Part shown: positions 1-14,195 of the stretch, one piece after another
Position numbering within the stretch: the first letter of the stretch is position 1
How the letters are laid out: each line of letters begins with the position of its first letter
The notes under the pieces: generated by a model
Databases searched by the model: none
The model's input: the letters and a program-made list of their open reading frames with translations, nothing else
What the model was told of the DNA's origin: nothing
Position numbers and translations under genes: made by a program
Assembly (NCBI GenBank): GCA_013239625.1
Contig: MU053652.1
Coordinates: 3,523,902-3,587,901 of the forward strand
DNA from: Lama guanicoe
Taxonomy: Eukaryota
Reading direction: 5' to 3'
DNA length: 64,000 nucleotides

Positions 1-108
1 TATTTTAACCAAGCCAAAGGGTTTTCTTCAAACCTTATTGCCAATATTCTGAAAAAAAGTCAAATCTTAGCAAGAAAGAATAAATATGCTTTCATCCTAT
101 AATCTCAC

Positions 109-257
109 CTCTCTTCTGGTAGATCACAGGACAAGTTGTTTGGTTTCAGTTGTGTCCATTCTCTAGTATTGAGGTCTAATTTGTGCAGGTCTGTGCTATA
201 AATATAGCCAGTTGTCCCTCCAAAGACATAAAGGGAGCCATTGATGATAGCCATGGC
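109..257 (-). CDS. KLHDC10: KLHDC10 coding exon 5 (149 nt), kelch repeats
   Basis: Minus strand reads tag|GCC ATG GCT ATC ATC AAT... = AMAIINGSLYVFGGTTGYIYSTDLHKLDLNTREWTQLKPNNLSCDLPEER, ending AG|gtgaga. Phase 0 start fits exon 4. Matches recalled KLHDC10 protein. Confidence 0.96.
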
Positions 258-1410
258 CTAGATAATGAAGAAAGATGAACAAGACTGCCTTGTTAACACT
301 TGATTAAAGAATATAAACTTATTAGATACTCCCAAATCAGGTTTTATGAAAATTTCTTGTACTTTTTAACCTTATAAAAATCAGACCCTTAAAGGACTAA
401 AGATTTTAGAGATTATTTACAGAGATTATTTTTAGAAAGGTAAATTTTGCTCAATGAAAAGTAAGTTCTACATAGACAGGCAAAGGACATCAGATGATCC
501 TTAGGGGTCCTAGGCAACCAAAGAATTTATAGACCATGGACATGAGCATTTCCACTGAAGGCTGCTTTTCTTTCTAAGCAGTCTGAAGAAAATGCTCTTA
601 AGAGGACGAAGCAGATATGAAAATAAGATACCCAAATCCTTTAAGTAAGAAGCCTAGAGTTGGCAGTCCCCAAAACTTGATATTTTCCACCAGACTCTTC
701 TCAGTGCAAATTTGGCTATGGTTATGGTCATTTATTAGTGTTTAAATGCCTCCTGTGGTGGGATGCAGTTATCCAGTCTGTGCCTCTACAAATAGCTCAG
801 AAGCTGTCAGTACCAATGCCAGCTAGTTGAGAAAGAAGCCAATGCTTGGCTGTTTTAAGCTTAGCCCATTACTCTCAAAGGGTCTCTGATGCATGGTGAG
901 TTGCTTCCTATCTTTTAAAATATAACTTTTCAAACCTAAGGCTTGAAGCACTGAAATCTAACTGGAAACTAATTTCTATATAATTTGTGTTTTAGCTCAG
1001 ATCTGTATAAAAGTTTCTTAACCAAGTACAGAGATCATCTGCTCTACTACTTAGGGTAGAAAACTCTTCAAAGCATCCTATCACTCTAAAGATGACAGGA
1101 CCTTGACCATATGTTGCCCAATGTCTCACTAGGGGTGGGTAGGGTCCTGACATTTAAAGAAACTTCCATACAGGTTTAGATCACTGATCCTAAGTTAGAT
1201 TAGAAACAGAGTAAGGGCAAAAAGGAAAGGAGAAGGCAAGCAACCAGATTTACAAACTACAATTTCATATCAGAAATGAACAATCAAATAGTAATCATAA
1301 TGAACTTATCCCCATTAAAAAATTGGTAGCAATATAAATATTCTGACATTGTCCAGGAACTAGAAAAATCCAAACAAATACATCCACCATGACTGGCCAT
1401 AGATTGGTAC

Positions 1411-1565
1411 CTGTCCATATATACGACTCGGTTTCTTCCCCCGACAGCTGAGTAAAGCCCATCTCTTATACTTCACGTTACAGACATGGACATCATTGCC
1501 GTTGCTCTCACCAAATGGGATACCCGTCCCTCCAAACACTAACAGGTTGTTTCCGTGTAGCACAA
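1411..1565 (-). CDS. KLHDC10: KLHDC10 coding exon 4 (155 nt)
   Basis: cttctccttccccag|TT GTG CTA CAC... = (L)VLHGNNLLVFGGTGIPFGESNGNDVHVCNVKYKRWALLSCRGKKPSRIYGQ, ending CAG|gtacca. Kelch VFGG motif. Lies within ORF 1360..1626. Confidence 0.96.
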
Positions 1566-2189
1566 CTGGGGAAGGAGAAGCACAAATTCCCTTTACATAC
1601 TGGCTACCTGCAATGTGTTCCCACATTAACCCAGAATATCTGAGAAACTAAAAAGTTATCTGCTTTAATGCTTTCAGAAGATAGCTCAAACCACTGACAT
1701 GTAATTACTATAAAGTTCTGCAGAAAAAGGTCTAATTCACATTATATCATATAGCTCACTGTTTAGTATATGACATGTATTCAATGCATATCTCTGGAAT
1801 TCATGAAACACTGTATGTAACAATACTGAATGACATTAACTACAACCCACCACTGCTGCTCGACACAGTTCAAGTATGCAGCAAAGCAGAGGAAAATAAA
1901 GTATCATCTTTGCCTTAGCATAGACCCAGCGGGATTCAGGATGAAGGGATAAAAGGATCATTCTGTTTTTGCGAGGGGAATGATCGCTACATTTCAAATT
2001 ATGGTTTCTGTCATCTTAATCTTCTGTCAGATAAAAAGAACACTAATATCCTGCTGGTAACTTTCTGTTCCTGTCGTCACACACACTTGTATATACTTTT
2101 TGTCTCTTTCTGATGGCAGATACTCTTGAAGATACTGCTACTGTATTATTTCAATGGCTTTTTTTTTTTAACCAATTCTTCGATTGATA

Positions 2190-2600
2190 CAGGGTAAGAG
2201 TTAATAGCATGAGCTCTGGAGCTGGTGAGAGCTGGGTTTAAATTATCGTGTGACCTCAGAAAAATTATTTAATCTCTCTCAATTAATCTTCCTAACAATC
2301 CTATGAGGTAGGAACAATTATTATTTTCCCCATTGACATAGACAATGAAACAGAAATGGTGAGCAGTTTAAGTAACTTGTTGAAGGTCTCCTAAAAAGAA
2401 CCTTGCCAAGCTGGGCTTCAAACCCAGGCAGTCTGGCCCCAGAGCTCGTACTCATAGGCTTAGGGTCTCTCTATCTAAAGCTTCAGTTTCCTCATCTGTA
2501 TGATGGCAATAATTCCAGTACCTGCATCATAGGGATGTTGTAGGATTAAATAGATACCATGTGTGAAATACTTTGCTCAACAGCTATTATCATCATTATA
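2190..2600. mobile_element. MIR SINE fragments, one reverse copy nested in a forward copy
   Basis: Core motif cagtttcctcatctgta (+) and aaacccaggcagtctggccccagagc / aatcctatgaggtagg (reverse). Confidence 0.7.
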
Positions 2601-2944
2601 AACCTCATTTGTTGATCTTCTACTACATTCTGCCTAGAATATGATATTTTACATTGAACTCCCTGAGATATTATTAATCTCATTCTATAGGTAAGGAACT
2701 AGAAACAAAAAAATCATCTACCAAGCAGAGAGTATACAGCTAAATTCAAACTCAGGACTATCCAACTCACAATTGATTGTGAATCACCACGCTATATTGT
2801 TATCATAGTAAAGAGTCTATCTATTAACAAGGTTTAATCATATTACAGTATTATTAAAAATTATTAAGAAGGAACATGTGACATTGAACAAGAACTCTCA
2901 GACGTTTCATAAAGTCAAAAGTTCAGCACTGCTTCAGAACTCAC

Positions 2945-3166
2945 GTGACATAGATGCCAGTTCCCGAGGCATGTAGCCATCTGTGCCCATCTGGTGCCAC
3001 ACTCCTGTAGCAAAATGATACCTCCAAAGCTCCCTGAAGAGAGGATAGTCTTCATTATCTGGCCCTCCTGATTCATCATAATCTGGGTTATAACCTCCAA
3101 ACACATACAGATTGGTATTATCTGCCACACAACGATGTCCGCTTCGTGCTGGTGGAGGTCTGTGGC
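2945..3166 (-). CDS. KLHDC10: KLHDC10 coding exon 3 (222 nt)
   Basis: ctcttctctcctag|GC CAC AGA... = (G)HRPPPARSGHRCVADNTNLYVFGGYNPDYDESGGPDNEDYPLFRELWRYHFATGVWHQMGTDGYMPRELASMS, ending C|gtgagt. Lies within ORF 2934..3224. Confidence 0.97.
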
Positions 3167-4714
3167 CTAGGAGAGAAGAGGGCAGTTTTCCACAGATGGC
3201 CCAGCAGATTAAAAGCACAAACAAAATTTGGTAACAAATATTTTATCTTTAAAAAGCAAGCAGGGAAAATTTATAACCTTGATGTACTTTTTAATTACTT
3301 AGGTTATTTTATACATTCACACATACTACTTAAGATTTTAAGGAGCTAGTCTCCATTTCTATTTCATATGACTAGTTTCAGATTTTGATAACTGTAAAAA
3401 GATTTTACAGCAAAAACAGCATTATAAACTCAAGAAAATGGCTGATAACTTGGAATTTTCAAGAAAAGAAGGAGGAGGGGTTTAATAATCCAAAAGCTAA
3501 AAGGACAAGTTTTCTATTTTCTTTGAGGATAAAAAAAACATAGGCCAACTAAATTAAACTGAAAATATTAGAGAACTACAGAAATATAATCACAAATGTG
3601 AATGAGTTATGTATAAATAAAAATACACACACATAAAACCTATGATTTTCCCACAATATATAATTATACACTTAAAAAGAAAACTGGCTTTCAAAGAATT
3701 ATGGCAAAGTTTAGAATTTAACTACCACTCCACGCATTATGGCAGTTAACAAAAGTATCCCTATATTCATCTCAAAGAGCATCTTTCATCGTATCAAGAA
3801 CTTCACTAAGAAAAGCTTTTTCTACAATTTGTATTTGAAAGCTTTCTTGAAGTTTAAATTATGTCAACTAGTTCACTAAAAATTATTTCAAGATTTAGAG
3901 TAAAAAACCCCTAACTTTATATTATCTCTGTTATCCTTACAATTTTTATACCAGTCTATGCAAACTCTTACACAGCTACAGAACCAAAGATGCTTAAATA
4001 TACATTAGGTAGAATAAGCTGTCTGTTACCCTAAAGACTTGTCTACTTTCATATATTAGGAATAGATACTAATATAACATTAGGATTTACGGCAATGTTG
4101 GACTCCTAATAAACATCTATTATTAAACATTTATTACCAGTCTAACTCAGGCCTTACAATTTTTTAAAAATCAAAATCCCACTTCCTAGGGTATGCTTTT
4201 AAACAAGAACTGAAAAGAAATTGCAGACATCTAGAAAAGCTAAAAAACAAACCATGAATCACTCAAGTCCAACCTGTCAGTCCTGAGAGCCTTTGATGGC
4301 TCCTTACTGCTCAAGCTCAAAGTCCTCAAACAGCAACTTACAGAGTGCTTCCTGATCTCTCACACTCCTGCCTATTTTAAGTCTATCTTTCTGTTAGGAA
4401 AGCCAAGTCCTCCCCTCAGACCGGGCCTGCTCTACCTAGCCTTCACTGCCTGGTTGTGGGAATGCCTCCGAATCTAGCCAATACAGCTCTTCCTCCTCAA
4501 TAAAACCCTAGGGCCCTTGCTGTTCAATACCATACTACTAAAGCATTAGGATATACATGTACAATTAATATGATTATTACACTGTAACTATGCAAATACA
4601 TGAATAAATACGATATTAGGCAAACTATAACCAGTTAGAAAATTTACTCATGAGCTATGATTTACCTAGTAAAGAACTCAATTTCTCTTTCTAAAAATCT
4701 TGAAACACAGAAAA

Positions 4715-4860
4715 TGTGGTGTGGAAGAAAAAGCAATTAACTTCTACCAGTACCTAGATTTGAATCCAGGTTCTTCCTGTTACCTTGAGCAAGTCACTGA
4801 CCCTCACTGAGTCTCAGCTTCCTCATTTGTACCTGTTACTCCTGTACCTCACAGATTTAT
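4715..4860 (+). mobile_element. MIR SINE fragment
   Basis: accttgagcaagtcactgaccctcactgagtctcagcttcctcatttgta core. Confidence 0.7.
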
Positions 4861-5298
4861 TATACTTGCTATTATGTTAAAATGTTTATTAGTTAATGTA
4901 TGTATCTTCCCAGGAGGCTGTAAGGCTGTAAGCTGAGGGAAGAGGAATGTATTTGTATTAACGTTTCTGTCACCAAAAGGCACACAGAAAACACTGAACA
5001 AACTTACAAATTTAATTTTTCTCTACTCATTTCATTAATGTTTATTTTTTTTCTCCAAATAACTATAAGTTTTGCAAGGGCAAAGGTCATGAATAGCAAT
5101 TATCCTGTATCACCCACAACACCTAAAACAGTTGGAGAGCTATATCAGATACTAGAAGTTTCACTAATTTTAACTTCAGGTCAAAGCAAACAGTGACAGG
5201 GTGATCAAAAACAGTGTCCAGCACTCAGTGGATCTGATACTGTGCTCAACAGATATATGATTTTGGGGACAGGGGTTGGATTAAGCAATGGTCTTCTT

Positions 5299-5311
5299 TT
5301 TTTGTTGTTGG

Positions 5312-5357
<46 letters not shown>

Positions 5358-5568
5358 TTTTTATTGAGTTATAGTCATTTTACAATGTTGTGTCAAATTC
5401 CAGTGCAGAGCACAATTTTCAGTTATATACGAACATACATACATTCATTGTCCCATTCTCTTTCACTGTGAGCCACCACAAGATCCTGTATATACTTCCC
5501 TGTGCTACACAGTACAATCTTGTTCATCTATTCTACATTTTGAAATTCCAGTCCCTTCCCACCCCCCT
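5299..5568 (-). mobile_element. Short 3' end of the young lineage-type LINE-1, with a (TA)n microsatellite in the tail
   Basis: Reverse complement of the 3' UTR seen at ~54900-55140. Target-site duplication gcaatggtct at 5285-5294 and 5569-5578. (TA)n at ~5316-5352. Confidence 0.85.
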
Positions 5569-6037
5569 GCAATGGTCTGCTTAAAACACACCTGCTTCTA
5601 AGAAGTAGCAAGACAAATTTAAAGAAACACAACAGAGTTGCTATGGTCAACAGATAAGAATCTCTAAGAATCTCTATAATGTCATTTACTATATTACCTG
5701 GAGCCAACAGATACTTTTTAAAACTGATTTTGGGCTAATATGAAAAGACATATAGTATAATTTAGGATTCTTCTCTAAATGGCTGTACAGCAGAGAAGAC
5801 ATTCCATTACAAGTTTAATGCCAACTATTTTTGAGGCAAATATAACTCACATGGGTTAGAAGTTGAGGAGTCAATGAAAAGATGATTTTATATTTTATAC
5901 TTATATTTATATATCCACTCATTCATTAAGCCAAAAATATTCCTGGACACCTGCTATGTACCAGGTACTATGCCAGGTGATGGGGATGCAATGATATGAC
6001 TATTACTGTTTCTGTCCTCTGGAGTTTATAGTCTAGT

Positions 6038-6322
6038 CCTGCACTGTCCAACACAGTAGCCACCAGCCACATGTGACTGCTGAGCATCTGAAATGAGACT
6101 GTTCCAAACTGTAAAATACTCCCTGGATTTCAAAGACTTGGTATCCAAAAATGAATGTAAAATTACTAATTTTTATATCTGAATATATGTTGAAATGATA
6201 CTTTTTACCTCCTGGGTTAAATTAAAATATTTAAATTAATGTCATCTGTCTTTTACTTATGGCTACAAGAAAATTTAAAATTTTGTGACTCACATAATAC
6301 TTCTATCACACTGCACTGGTCT
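6038..6322. mobile_element. hAT-Charlie MITE (MER3/MER33-like)
   Basis: gcactgtccaaacacagtagccaccagccacatgtg terminus; flanking tctag duplications. Confidence 0.7.
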
Positions 6323-6865
6323 AGCTCAGTTGCCAACTTCTGTGAATAACTTCATTATCTATGCAAATTAAATGGCTGGGTAAAGAGCATCTAACCAATA
6401 TTTGATAAATATTAAGCATCCTGTCAAGGAGTCTTATAGCTGGGAGTAAAGAGGTAACTCTTCTTTCTTTCTTTCTCTTCAGTCAGTAACTAGAAGTCAG
6501 TCTCTTCTTTGTACATATTTATAGCCCAAGAGTGACTAACATATTAGAAAGTCAAATTTTATTTTGAATAAATCATGGGAATGTGTCAGGGCTAATGCCA
6601 CAGAGACTAAGCATTAATTTTCATTAAGCGGGATACAGTATAGGCTTTTCAACCCTGACCAAAATGAAATTAGGTTTTAGATTCTTAAAGTAGTCCCCTG
6701 GGAATTCTCCCCCAAATTCTCCAAGTGCAAACCCCACTTTCCTAAAAATTACTTGCTACTAATAAAATCACCCATAGAATTAGGATACCTGATTGAAGAA
6801 TTCCAATTAGAAAATGTAGAAGTCAAAAATTTAAACTGAACCTGTATGCAAAGATGAACTTTTGA

Positions 6866-7205
6866 AAAAAATTGAAGTATAGTCAATTTACTCTGTTGTT
6901 ACAAGATCTTGTGGTAGCTCACAGCGAAAAAAAATGTGACAATGAGTGTATGTATGTTCATGTGTAACTGAAAAATTGTGCTCTACAATGGAATTTGACA
7001 CATTGTAAAATGACTGTAACTCAATAAAAAAAGTTTTAAAAATACAATGTTAATTTCTGATGTACAGCATAGTGATTCATTTGTGTGTATAAATATGTAA
7101 TATATATACATATATATTCCTTTCCATTTTCTTTTTCATTATAGGCTATTATAAGGTACTGAATATAGTTCCCTGTGCTATACAGCAGGACCTTGTTGTT
7201 TAGAG
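6866..7205. mobile_element. Older L1 3' end (minus) with a young L1 3' tip (plus, ~6899-7035) nested inside
   Basis: acaagatcttgtggtagctcacagc...ctcaataaaa is near-identical to ~55001-55140 and interrupts ttgaagtatag...aatatagttccctgtgctatacag. Confidence 0.75.
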
Positions 7206-7419
7206 GTGAACTCAGCACCCAGAAGGGAACATCCAGCTGAGGGAGTATGTACCTGTGGTACCTGAACCCATCTTTGCTTCACTGTGCTCATCATGTCACA
7301 AACACTTGCTCTTTACCCAAGGGAATAAGCCATAGCTTATGGTAACCAGAGACATGGACTTTAGTTTCTAGCCCAAAGGAAGAAAAAAGCTAACTGTCAA
7401 GGCGACAAATGATTAGGTT

Positions 7420-8210
7420 GCGCCAACGTTTTCACTGTTATGAATAATTTTATAACAAAGCTTCTTTTATACAGATTCATATGCAAATGTATAAAGTATT
7501 TCTGGGGTCAAAGGAATATACACTTAAAATTGTCACAGATGCAATACTGTAATAGAGTAATAGAGCCACATTGCTCTCCAAAAAGACTGGAATAATTTAT
7601 ACCTCCAGCGATTGCGTATGGAAGCGACTACTTCTTCCTGCCCTCTTCAACCTTTTTAATTTGTGCCAGTCTGCTGGGTGTCAGGTTAATTTGCATTTCC
7701 CTGATTTTTCTAGTTCACATGTTTCTTAGCGCATTTATATTTCTTCTTTGGGGAATTGCCTGATCATATTCCTTGCTCACTTTTCTATCAGATTGTCTTA
7801 TCACAGATTCATAGAAATTATTTATTAGTATATTTCTTTCTTTCAGCTTGCTACTTGTCTTTTCATTTTGTTTGTGGTAACTTTAAACATATGGAGTTTT
7901 TCTCAAATTGAACCTCTCAATTTTTTTCTTTTAAGGCTCCTTTGCAACAACAAAATCCTCATCTGCTTTATATCTCATTTATGTCTGCGTCTTTATAAAC
8001 TTATTATTTATTTCTAGTAATTTTATAGTTTTGATTTTTATTTTCAGAACCTGGATACATTCAGAATGTATTTTTGTGTATTGTATGAGGTAGAGCTCTA
8101 ATATTTCCCCCAAAATGGGTAGGCTGCTGTCCCTAAACCACTTATGGAAAGCCATCCCTTCTACACTGAACTGAAATGCCACCTTTATCATATACTAAAT
8201 TGACACATTC
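7420..8210 (-). mobile_element. Ancient L1M fragment
   Basis: ttaatttgcatttccctgat and gaaatgccacctttatcatatactaaatt; ORF 7979..8191 resembles decayed L1 ORF2. Confidence 0.7.
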
Positions 8211-8939
8211 TAGAGTAGAATTAGGAAAATCCCAATATCCAGGTCTAATCACCTTGGACACAAAATCTATTGCTCCTTAGGAATGCACACAATCAATATA
8301 ACAAGCAACATCACACAATCTTAAATGGAAAAGCTTGCAAGTAAAGTAGCACGTGACATTTCTGCTTAATAAGCCTATTACAAGATGTAGTCACCTCTAG
8401 ATGTGCTATCAAACATTTGTAGTGAGGCCATAGTAAAAAAAACTAAAACCTTTATTGCTAGAAGTATTAACTACTTATAAATGACAAATAGGCTACAGGA
8501 TAAATTCAGTTTAACTGGTCACTTCTTTCCAAATATAAAGCCCACCATTACCTCTGCCTGAGAAGACAGCTTTTCTGTTGTACACCTGGAAGCAGAGACA
8601 GGAAGGCCAGACAAAACTGGGCTAGCTGGCTCCCAGCCCTGACCAGCAGGCAGACCTTTTTACTACTTCCAGAGCCAAAGCTGCTCCATTCACACCAGCA
8701 CACAATAGTCTTGGTTATGTAAACACCTCCTACCGCAGGGACTCCATACCCTGTATCACATTCATATGTAAAGATTTGGCTTCTTAGGACAGAGTAATCT
8801 TAGTCCAAGTTGGCAGCAGTAAAAGCAACTTGCTTTGACAGACTGGTATTACCATAAGTTAGTTTCAAGTGCTGAGCAAAGCATAGTTGAGATAGCTGTC
8901 ACACTCTACCCAGTTACGTACTGGCCTGGGCTTCTGGGC

Positions 8940-10500
8940 TCTGTTCAGTCTGACTGCCTATTTATTGATTCCTATACCATTACCACATTGTTTTAATTAT
9001 GACAGCTTTGAAGTTATTTTTCAACATCTATTGGATAAATTCCCCTTTGTGTTACTCTTTTTAAAAAACTTCTTAGTTATTTTTCTCCACTTACTTTTGC
9101 AATAGATTTTAGAATCAGTTTGTTAAAATCTATAAAATGTCCCTTGGGCAGACCCATCTTATCCAGGTGATCAAAGTTATCATCACCAGTAATGGGACCA
9201 ATCAACATCATGTGCAATGAGATGAACACAGTATTTCTTCAGTGGTATTCCTGCCAAAAACATATAAGCTGAATGGGATCATGAAAAAAATATGAGACAA
9301 ACCCAAACTAAAGGACATTCTGCAATATACTAGTCCCTCCTGTTCAAAAATATCAGTATCAGGCTAAAGATACAAGAAAACTGAATGTAACACATGATCT
9401 GGGATTTTCTTTCACTATAAAGGATATTATTGGAATAACTGACAAAGTCTGAAATGAGGTCTGTAAATTTGAAACTGTTAATTTTATCCATTATGTACAG
9501 TGTTGATAGCGTTAGTTTCCTGATTTTGGTACTTGTTCTGCAGTTATATAAGAGAGTATCTTTGTTTTCCAGGAACAAACACTAAAGTATTTAGAGGTAA
9601 AGGAGCATTGTGCCAGCAGCTTACTCTCAAATGGTTCAAACAGAAAAACAATACGTATGTGCCTATGTATTATAGAGAGAGAGGGGAGAGTGAGAGAGGA
9701 GAGAAAAGACAGGACAGGATAAAGTAAATGTGGTTAAATGTTAACACCTAGGAAATCTGGGTGAAGAATATAGGAATTTTTTTCTCCATTCTTGTAACTT
9801 CTCTGTAAGTCTAAAATTATGTCAAAATAAAAATTAAAATTTAAGGAAGTCTCTTGAGGATTTTATTTGGGATAACCCATGAAGGAACATAATCTCTAGC
9901 TATTTATCCTCATCTTTTTGATATCCATCAGGACAGGTTCATTGTCTTCTTGTTTTTCATTCCTAAGCACTTTATAATTCTCTATATATTGTGAATAGGT
10001 ATCTTTTATTTTCTAAATGGTTATTGTTAATACTTAGGAAAGTAATTTATCTTTGCAAATTAAAATTTTAACCAGACAGTTTTCTGGACTCTAGTATTAG
10101 TTATCATTAGTTCATTATCTTGAACTTTATAGTAGACAATCATATCATCCTGTTATTAATGACAACTTTCAGCTTTCTTTCCAACATCTGTACCTTTTTT
10201 TTTTCCATCTTTTATTAAATTGGCTGAAACTTCCAGAACAAGGTTGACTAGTGGAGATGATAATCTGTATCTTTCTCTCATTTTTTACTTTAATGAGGAT
10301 ACTGGTAATGTTTCACTATTATATATGATATTTGCTTTGGCTTCTTATAGTTTATTAGTAAAAAAATTTTTATTAAAATATACAGAAAAGTGCATATATC
10401 ATAGAAGTACAGCTTGATGCCTTTTAATATAATGAATGCACTCAGTATCAAATTTTATTAAATGCTTTTTTTGATAGCAGAAATCACTTTTTCTCTTAAC
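8940..10500. mobile_element. Ancient L1 fragments (L1M minus, interrupted by an L1MC-like 3' end at ~9150-9840)
   Basis: ccacattgttttaattat and ttttagaatcagtttg; caggtgatcaaagttatcatcaccagtaatgggac. Confidence 0.6.
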
Positions 10501-11398
10501 CTATTAAAGTACTAAACTACATTCCACAGATAAACCCACTTTGATCTTGATTTATTTAGGTTTACCCCTGCCATATAATGTATATTTTAATTTATCATTC
10601 TTTCTCATTGTTTCATTTTCTTACTTTTCTAATTTTACTGAAATAATTAAGCTTTCTCTTCTTTTCCTTTCCTTTTTTCCTAGGAAGAGCTACATCCTTT
10701 TATTCCCAATATATTTTTTTAAACCCATACATTTTAATTTCTTTAACACTATTGAGAGTAAATCATGTATGGAAAGAAACTTAGCTACTTATGGAGGCTA
10801 CTTCTGGAAAGGGGAATATGGTGAGGAGTGAAGATGTGAAATGGGACTTTGCTTTTATTTTTATTTAACCTCTTTTACTGTGAAATATAGCACATGTATA
10901 GGAACATACTTAACTATAAATGTATAGTTTAACAAATTATCAAAAAGTAACTGCAGTCATTATTCAGGTCAAGAAATAGAATACTGCCAGCACCCAGATA
11001 CCCAATCGTACCAGCTCCTTTTAATCACAACCCTCTCCATCCCACCTTCTTCATTTCTAGAGAAAACCTATTTCCAGATTTTTATGGCAATCATAAAACT
11101 TGCTTTCTTTTAATAGCTTTATTATATCTAAGTATGCAACCCTAAACAAAATTATTTATTTTGGCCTAGTTTCAAAGTGTATTTGTATAAAATGAAACAG
11201 TATATTTTCTTTCTGAGATCTTTCATTCACAATTATGTTTCTGAGATTCCTCCATCTTGTTGGAGTTAGAGATAGTCTGTTCATTTCCATTGCCAAATAA
11301 TATTTCTTTGTATGAACAATACCACAATTTATCCAGTCAATGTTGTAGAGAATGGATATTTGGGTTGTTTCAAATGAGTGGTTCTTTACTGCTATAAA

Positions 11399-11538
11399 TT
11401 AAAGAAAACTTAAAAAAAATTGGGGGGGGGTAGGTAATTAGGTTTACTTATTTATTTCTAGAAGAACTGGGGATTGAACCCAGGACCTTGTGTACGCTAA
11501 GCACGTGTTCTACCACTGAGCTATACCCTCCCCCCTTA
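11399..11538 (-). mobile_element. tRNA-derived SINE (camelid Vic-1-like) with TSD
   Basis: Reverse reads GGGGAGGGTATAGCTCAGTGGTAGAAC...GGTCCTGGGTTCAATCCCCAG...ACCTAATTACC (A and B boxes). TSD tactgctataaa at 11387-11398 and 11539-11550. Confidence 0.88.
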
Positions 11539-13949
11539 TACTGCTATAAAATTTTTGTACACATTTTCAGGTGCACAGGGGCCCATATTTGTTGGCTATA
11601 AATGTAGAAACAGAATTTGCATTATAATGTATGGAAATCTTTACTTTTACTTGGTAAGGCCAAACTGTTTACAAATATTTAGTATTAGTATCATCAGTCT
11701 TTTTAATTTAGCAATTCCTGTGGGTTTGTAGACCTATCTCATTGTGGGTTTGTTTTTGTTTTTGTTTTTGTTTTTCTTATTCAAACCTCAGTTTACTAGC
11801 TAGCTGTGGAAAGTCACTGTGGTTTTAATATGCATTTCTCTCATTACTAATTAGTTTGAGCATCTTTTCACATTTACTGGCCAAATGGAGTGTTCCTTTT
11901 GGGAAGTGCCTGCTCTAGCCTTTTATACATTCTTCTACTGAGATGTCTTTTTCTTACTGATTTTCATTATATATGCTTGAGATAGGGACATTCATTTTTC
12001 ACCCTGTGTATTTCCATATTATTTGAATTTTAAAAAGCATATATCATACCTATAAATTCTAAAACAAAAAATTATAAGATCTTTAGCAGTTTGACTTTCT
12101 CCCTACCCCAAATTTATTCAAATCATCTGAAATGTTACTTGCAGAATGTCATATACAAACATACATACAAATACACACATACATATATACTATACTTATA
12201 TTATTCTTCTATATATTTGGAAATATTTTCTTAACAGTATTACCAGGCCTCACAGTCCCTGTATTTAGACACAGCTGTAAGTTTTACAGGTTTCTTTGCA
12301 CACTACTGCTTCTTGTGTCCAAACCTTCCTCTTTCTTGGATTTTTCATTTTCAAGTAATCTCAAAAAGGGTGTGTTCATCAATTTTTCAGAGTTCTTATT
12401 TATTCTGACCCCCACTTAGACATTTAAAAATTAGTGAGATTGGGTGCAGTTCTGTGTTCAAAATAATTTTCCTTCAGAACACTGAAGGCACTTATCTTCC
12501 AGCAAACCATGCTACAGGTGAGAAATCCAATACCAGTCTGATTCTTAAGTCTTGAGTCTTTCTATACAGCCTGCTTTCTATCTCTGAAATTGTAAGTAGT
12601 TCAGTAATACACAGATAGATGCTTTTTGTTTTTATATTTTTCTAGCTTGTTCCTTGATAGGCCCTTTACACTTGAAAACTCAAGAGTCTTTCTTTCTTCA
12701 GTGTAGGGAAATATTCTTTATTTTCTCCCTTCCATTGACATTCCTTGTGTAACACTGTAAAATAAATACTGGATCACTTAGATCTATCCTCAAAGTATAA
12801 TTTTCCTCATGTATTTTCTCTTTTTGTCCTCTTGCTTTATAGTCTATAAACTTCCCCTACTTCCTTTTCATAGAAATTGGTCTTAAGCCTGTGTATTATT
12901 TAACTCTCCAACTGCACTTTTATTTCAGCAATCAAATTTCAATATGGAACTAATTCTTTGATCATTCCTTTTTTCTCCATGGCAGTTGGCTTTTTATTTG
13001 TGGACCCAATTCACTCTTGACTCTGAGGAAACCTGCTGTGATGAGAACTTCCTGACCCTCCATTCTGCTTCCTCAGTATCTCTGTTTCCACCATGGTCAG
13101 TTGTTTCATTTGTTCAGCTTGGTCATCTTCTTTCAAGTTTAATTTCCCTCAAATTTCTGGTAGGCCTTGATCACCTGTTCATATTAATGAATGAAGGGCT
13201 ACACTGACTAGTCTTGTGAGAGATATGGATTTCCTCCACAAGTTGTATTACTCTGTCACCAAACCTCCAAATGGGAGATCTCTCTGCTTGTAGGTCTCTG
13301 TAGGTAAGTGGTACACTGACAGCTTTCTCTTTAGAAAAAGCAATTTTGCCAAAAGTGAGGAGGGCTGCATTTTGATGATATGGTCCTTAAATGCACATCA
13401 GTCTTTGGTGGAGCTCCCTGTCTTCTCCTCCCCTCATTCCTCCCTCCTCATCCAATCTATCATGGAGGGTCCATTACCTAAAACCCTGCTTTGTGCTCAC
13501 ATTCTCTCCAATCCCAACCCACGAGAGCACTGCCTGCACAACTCCCCCCCAAACAAACCCCCAACGTTGCTTGAAGTGCTGTTCTCATAGCTTTATCCTG
13601 GAACAAATCCCATTGCCAGAGTTCTTTATATAAAAGGAGGGAGAGAAGGAGTAGGGGAAATAACAGCTTTGAAGGCAGTCCCTTAATTATCTGATGTTCC
13701 ATCTTCCCCTACCCTGCTGCTTCCTCCTATACTTGCTGATTCTATGATTAGTTTCAGAAAAGGAGCTCTATTAAGAAATTCTCTGGAAAAAAAGAAATTC
13801 TCTGACTTGTAGCATGCAGCAGGAGTACGTATCTGGGGTTGCATTTTATTCTGTTCTTGTTCCTCAATCATTATAACTCCTAACTGCTTTCTACTACTCT
13901 GAAATTCCTTAAATTTTCTGGTATTATAACAATAGCAAGAATGACAGCA

Positions 13950-14195
13950 GCTAACATTAATTCAACGTCGGCTAAACGTAAAAACTCTTCTAAGTACTCT
14001 GCACAAATTACCTCACTTGATACTCACAATAACCCTAGGAGTTTGGTACTATTATCATCACCCTAATTTTACAGATGAGGAAATTGAGGCAAAAAAAATA
14101 AAATAAAATAAAAGCAACTTGCCCAAAGTCACACAATTGGTGAATGGCAGAGCCTGGATTCAGACGTAAGTAATCCAGCTTGAAAGCCTCCCTTT
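13950..14195 (-). mobile_element. MIR SINE
   Basis: attttacagatgaggaaattgaggc...acttgcccaaagtcacac core. Confidence 0.8.
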
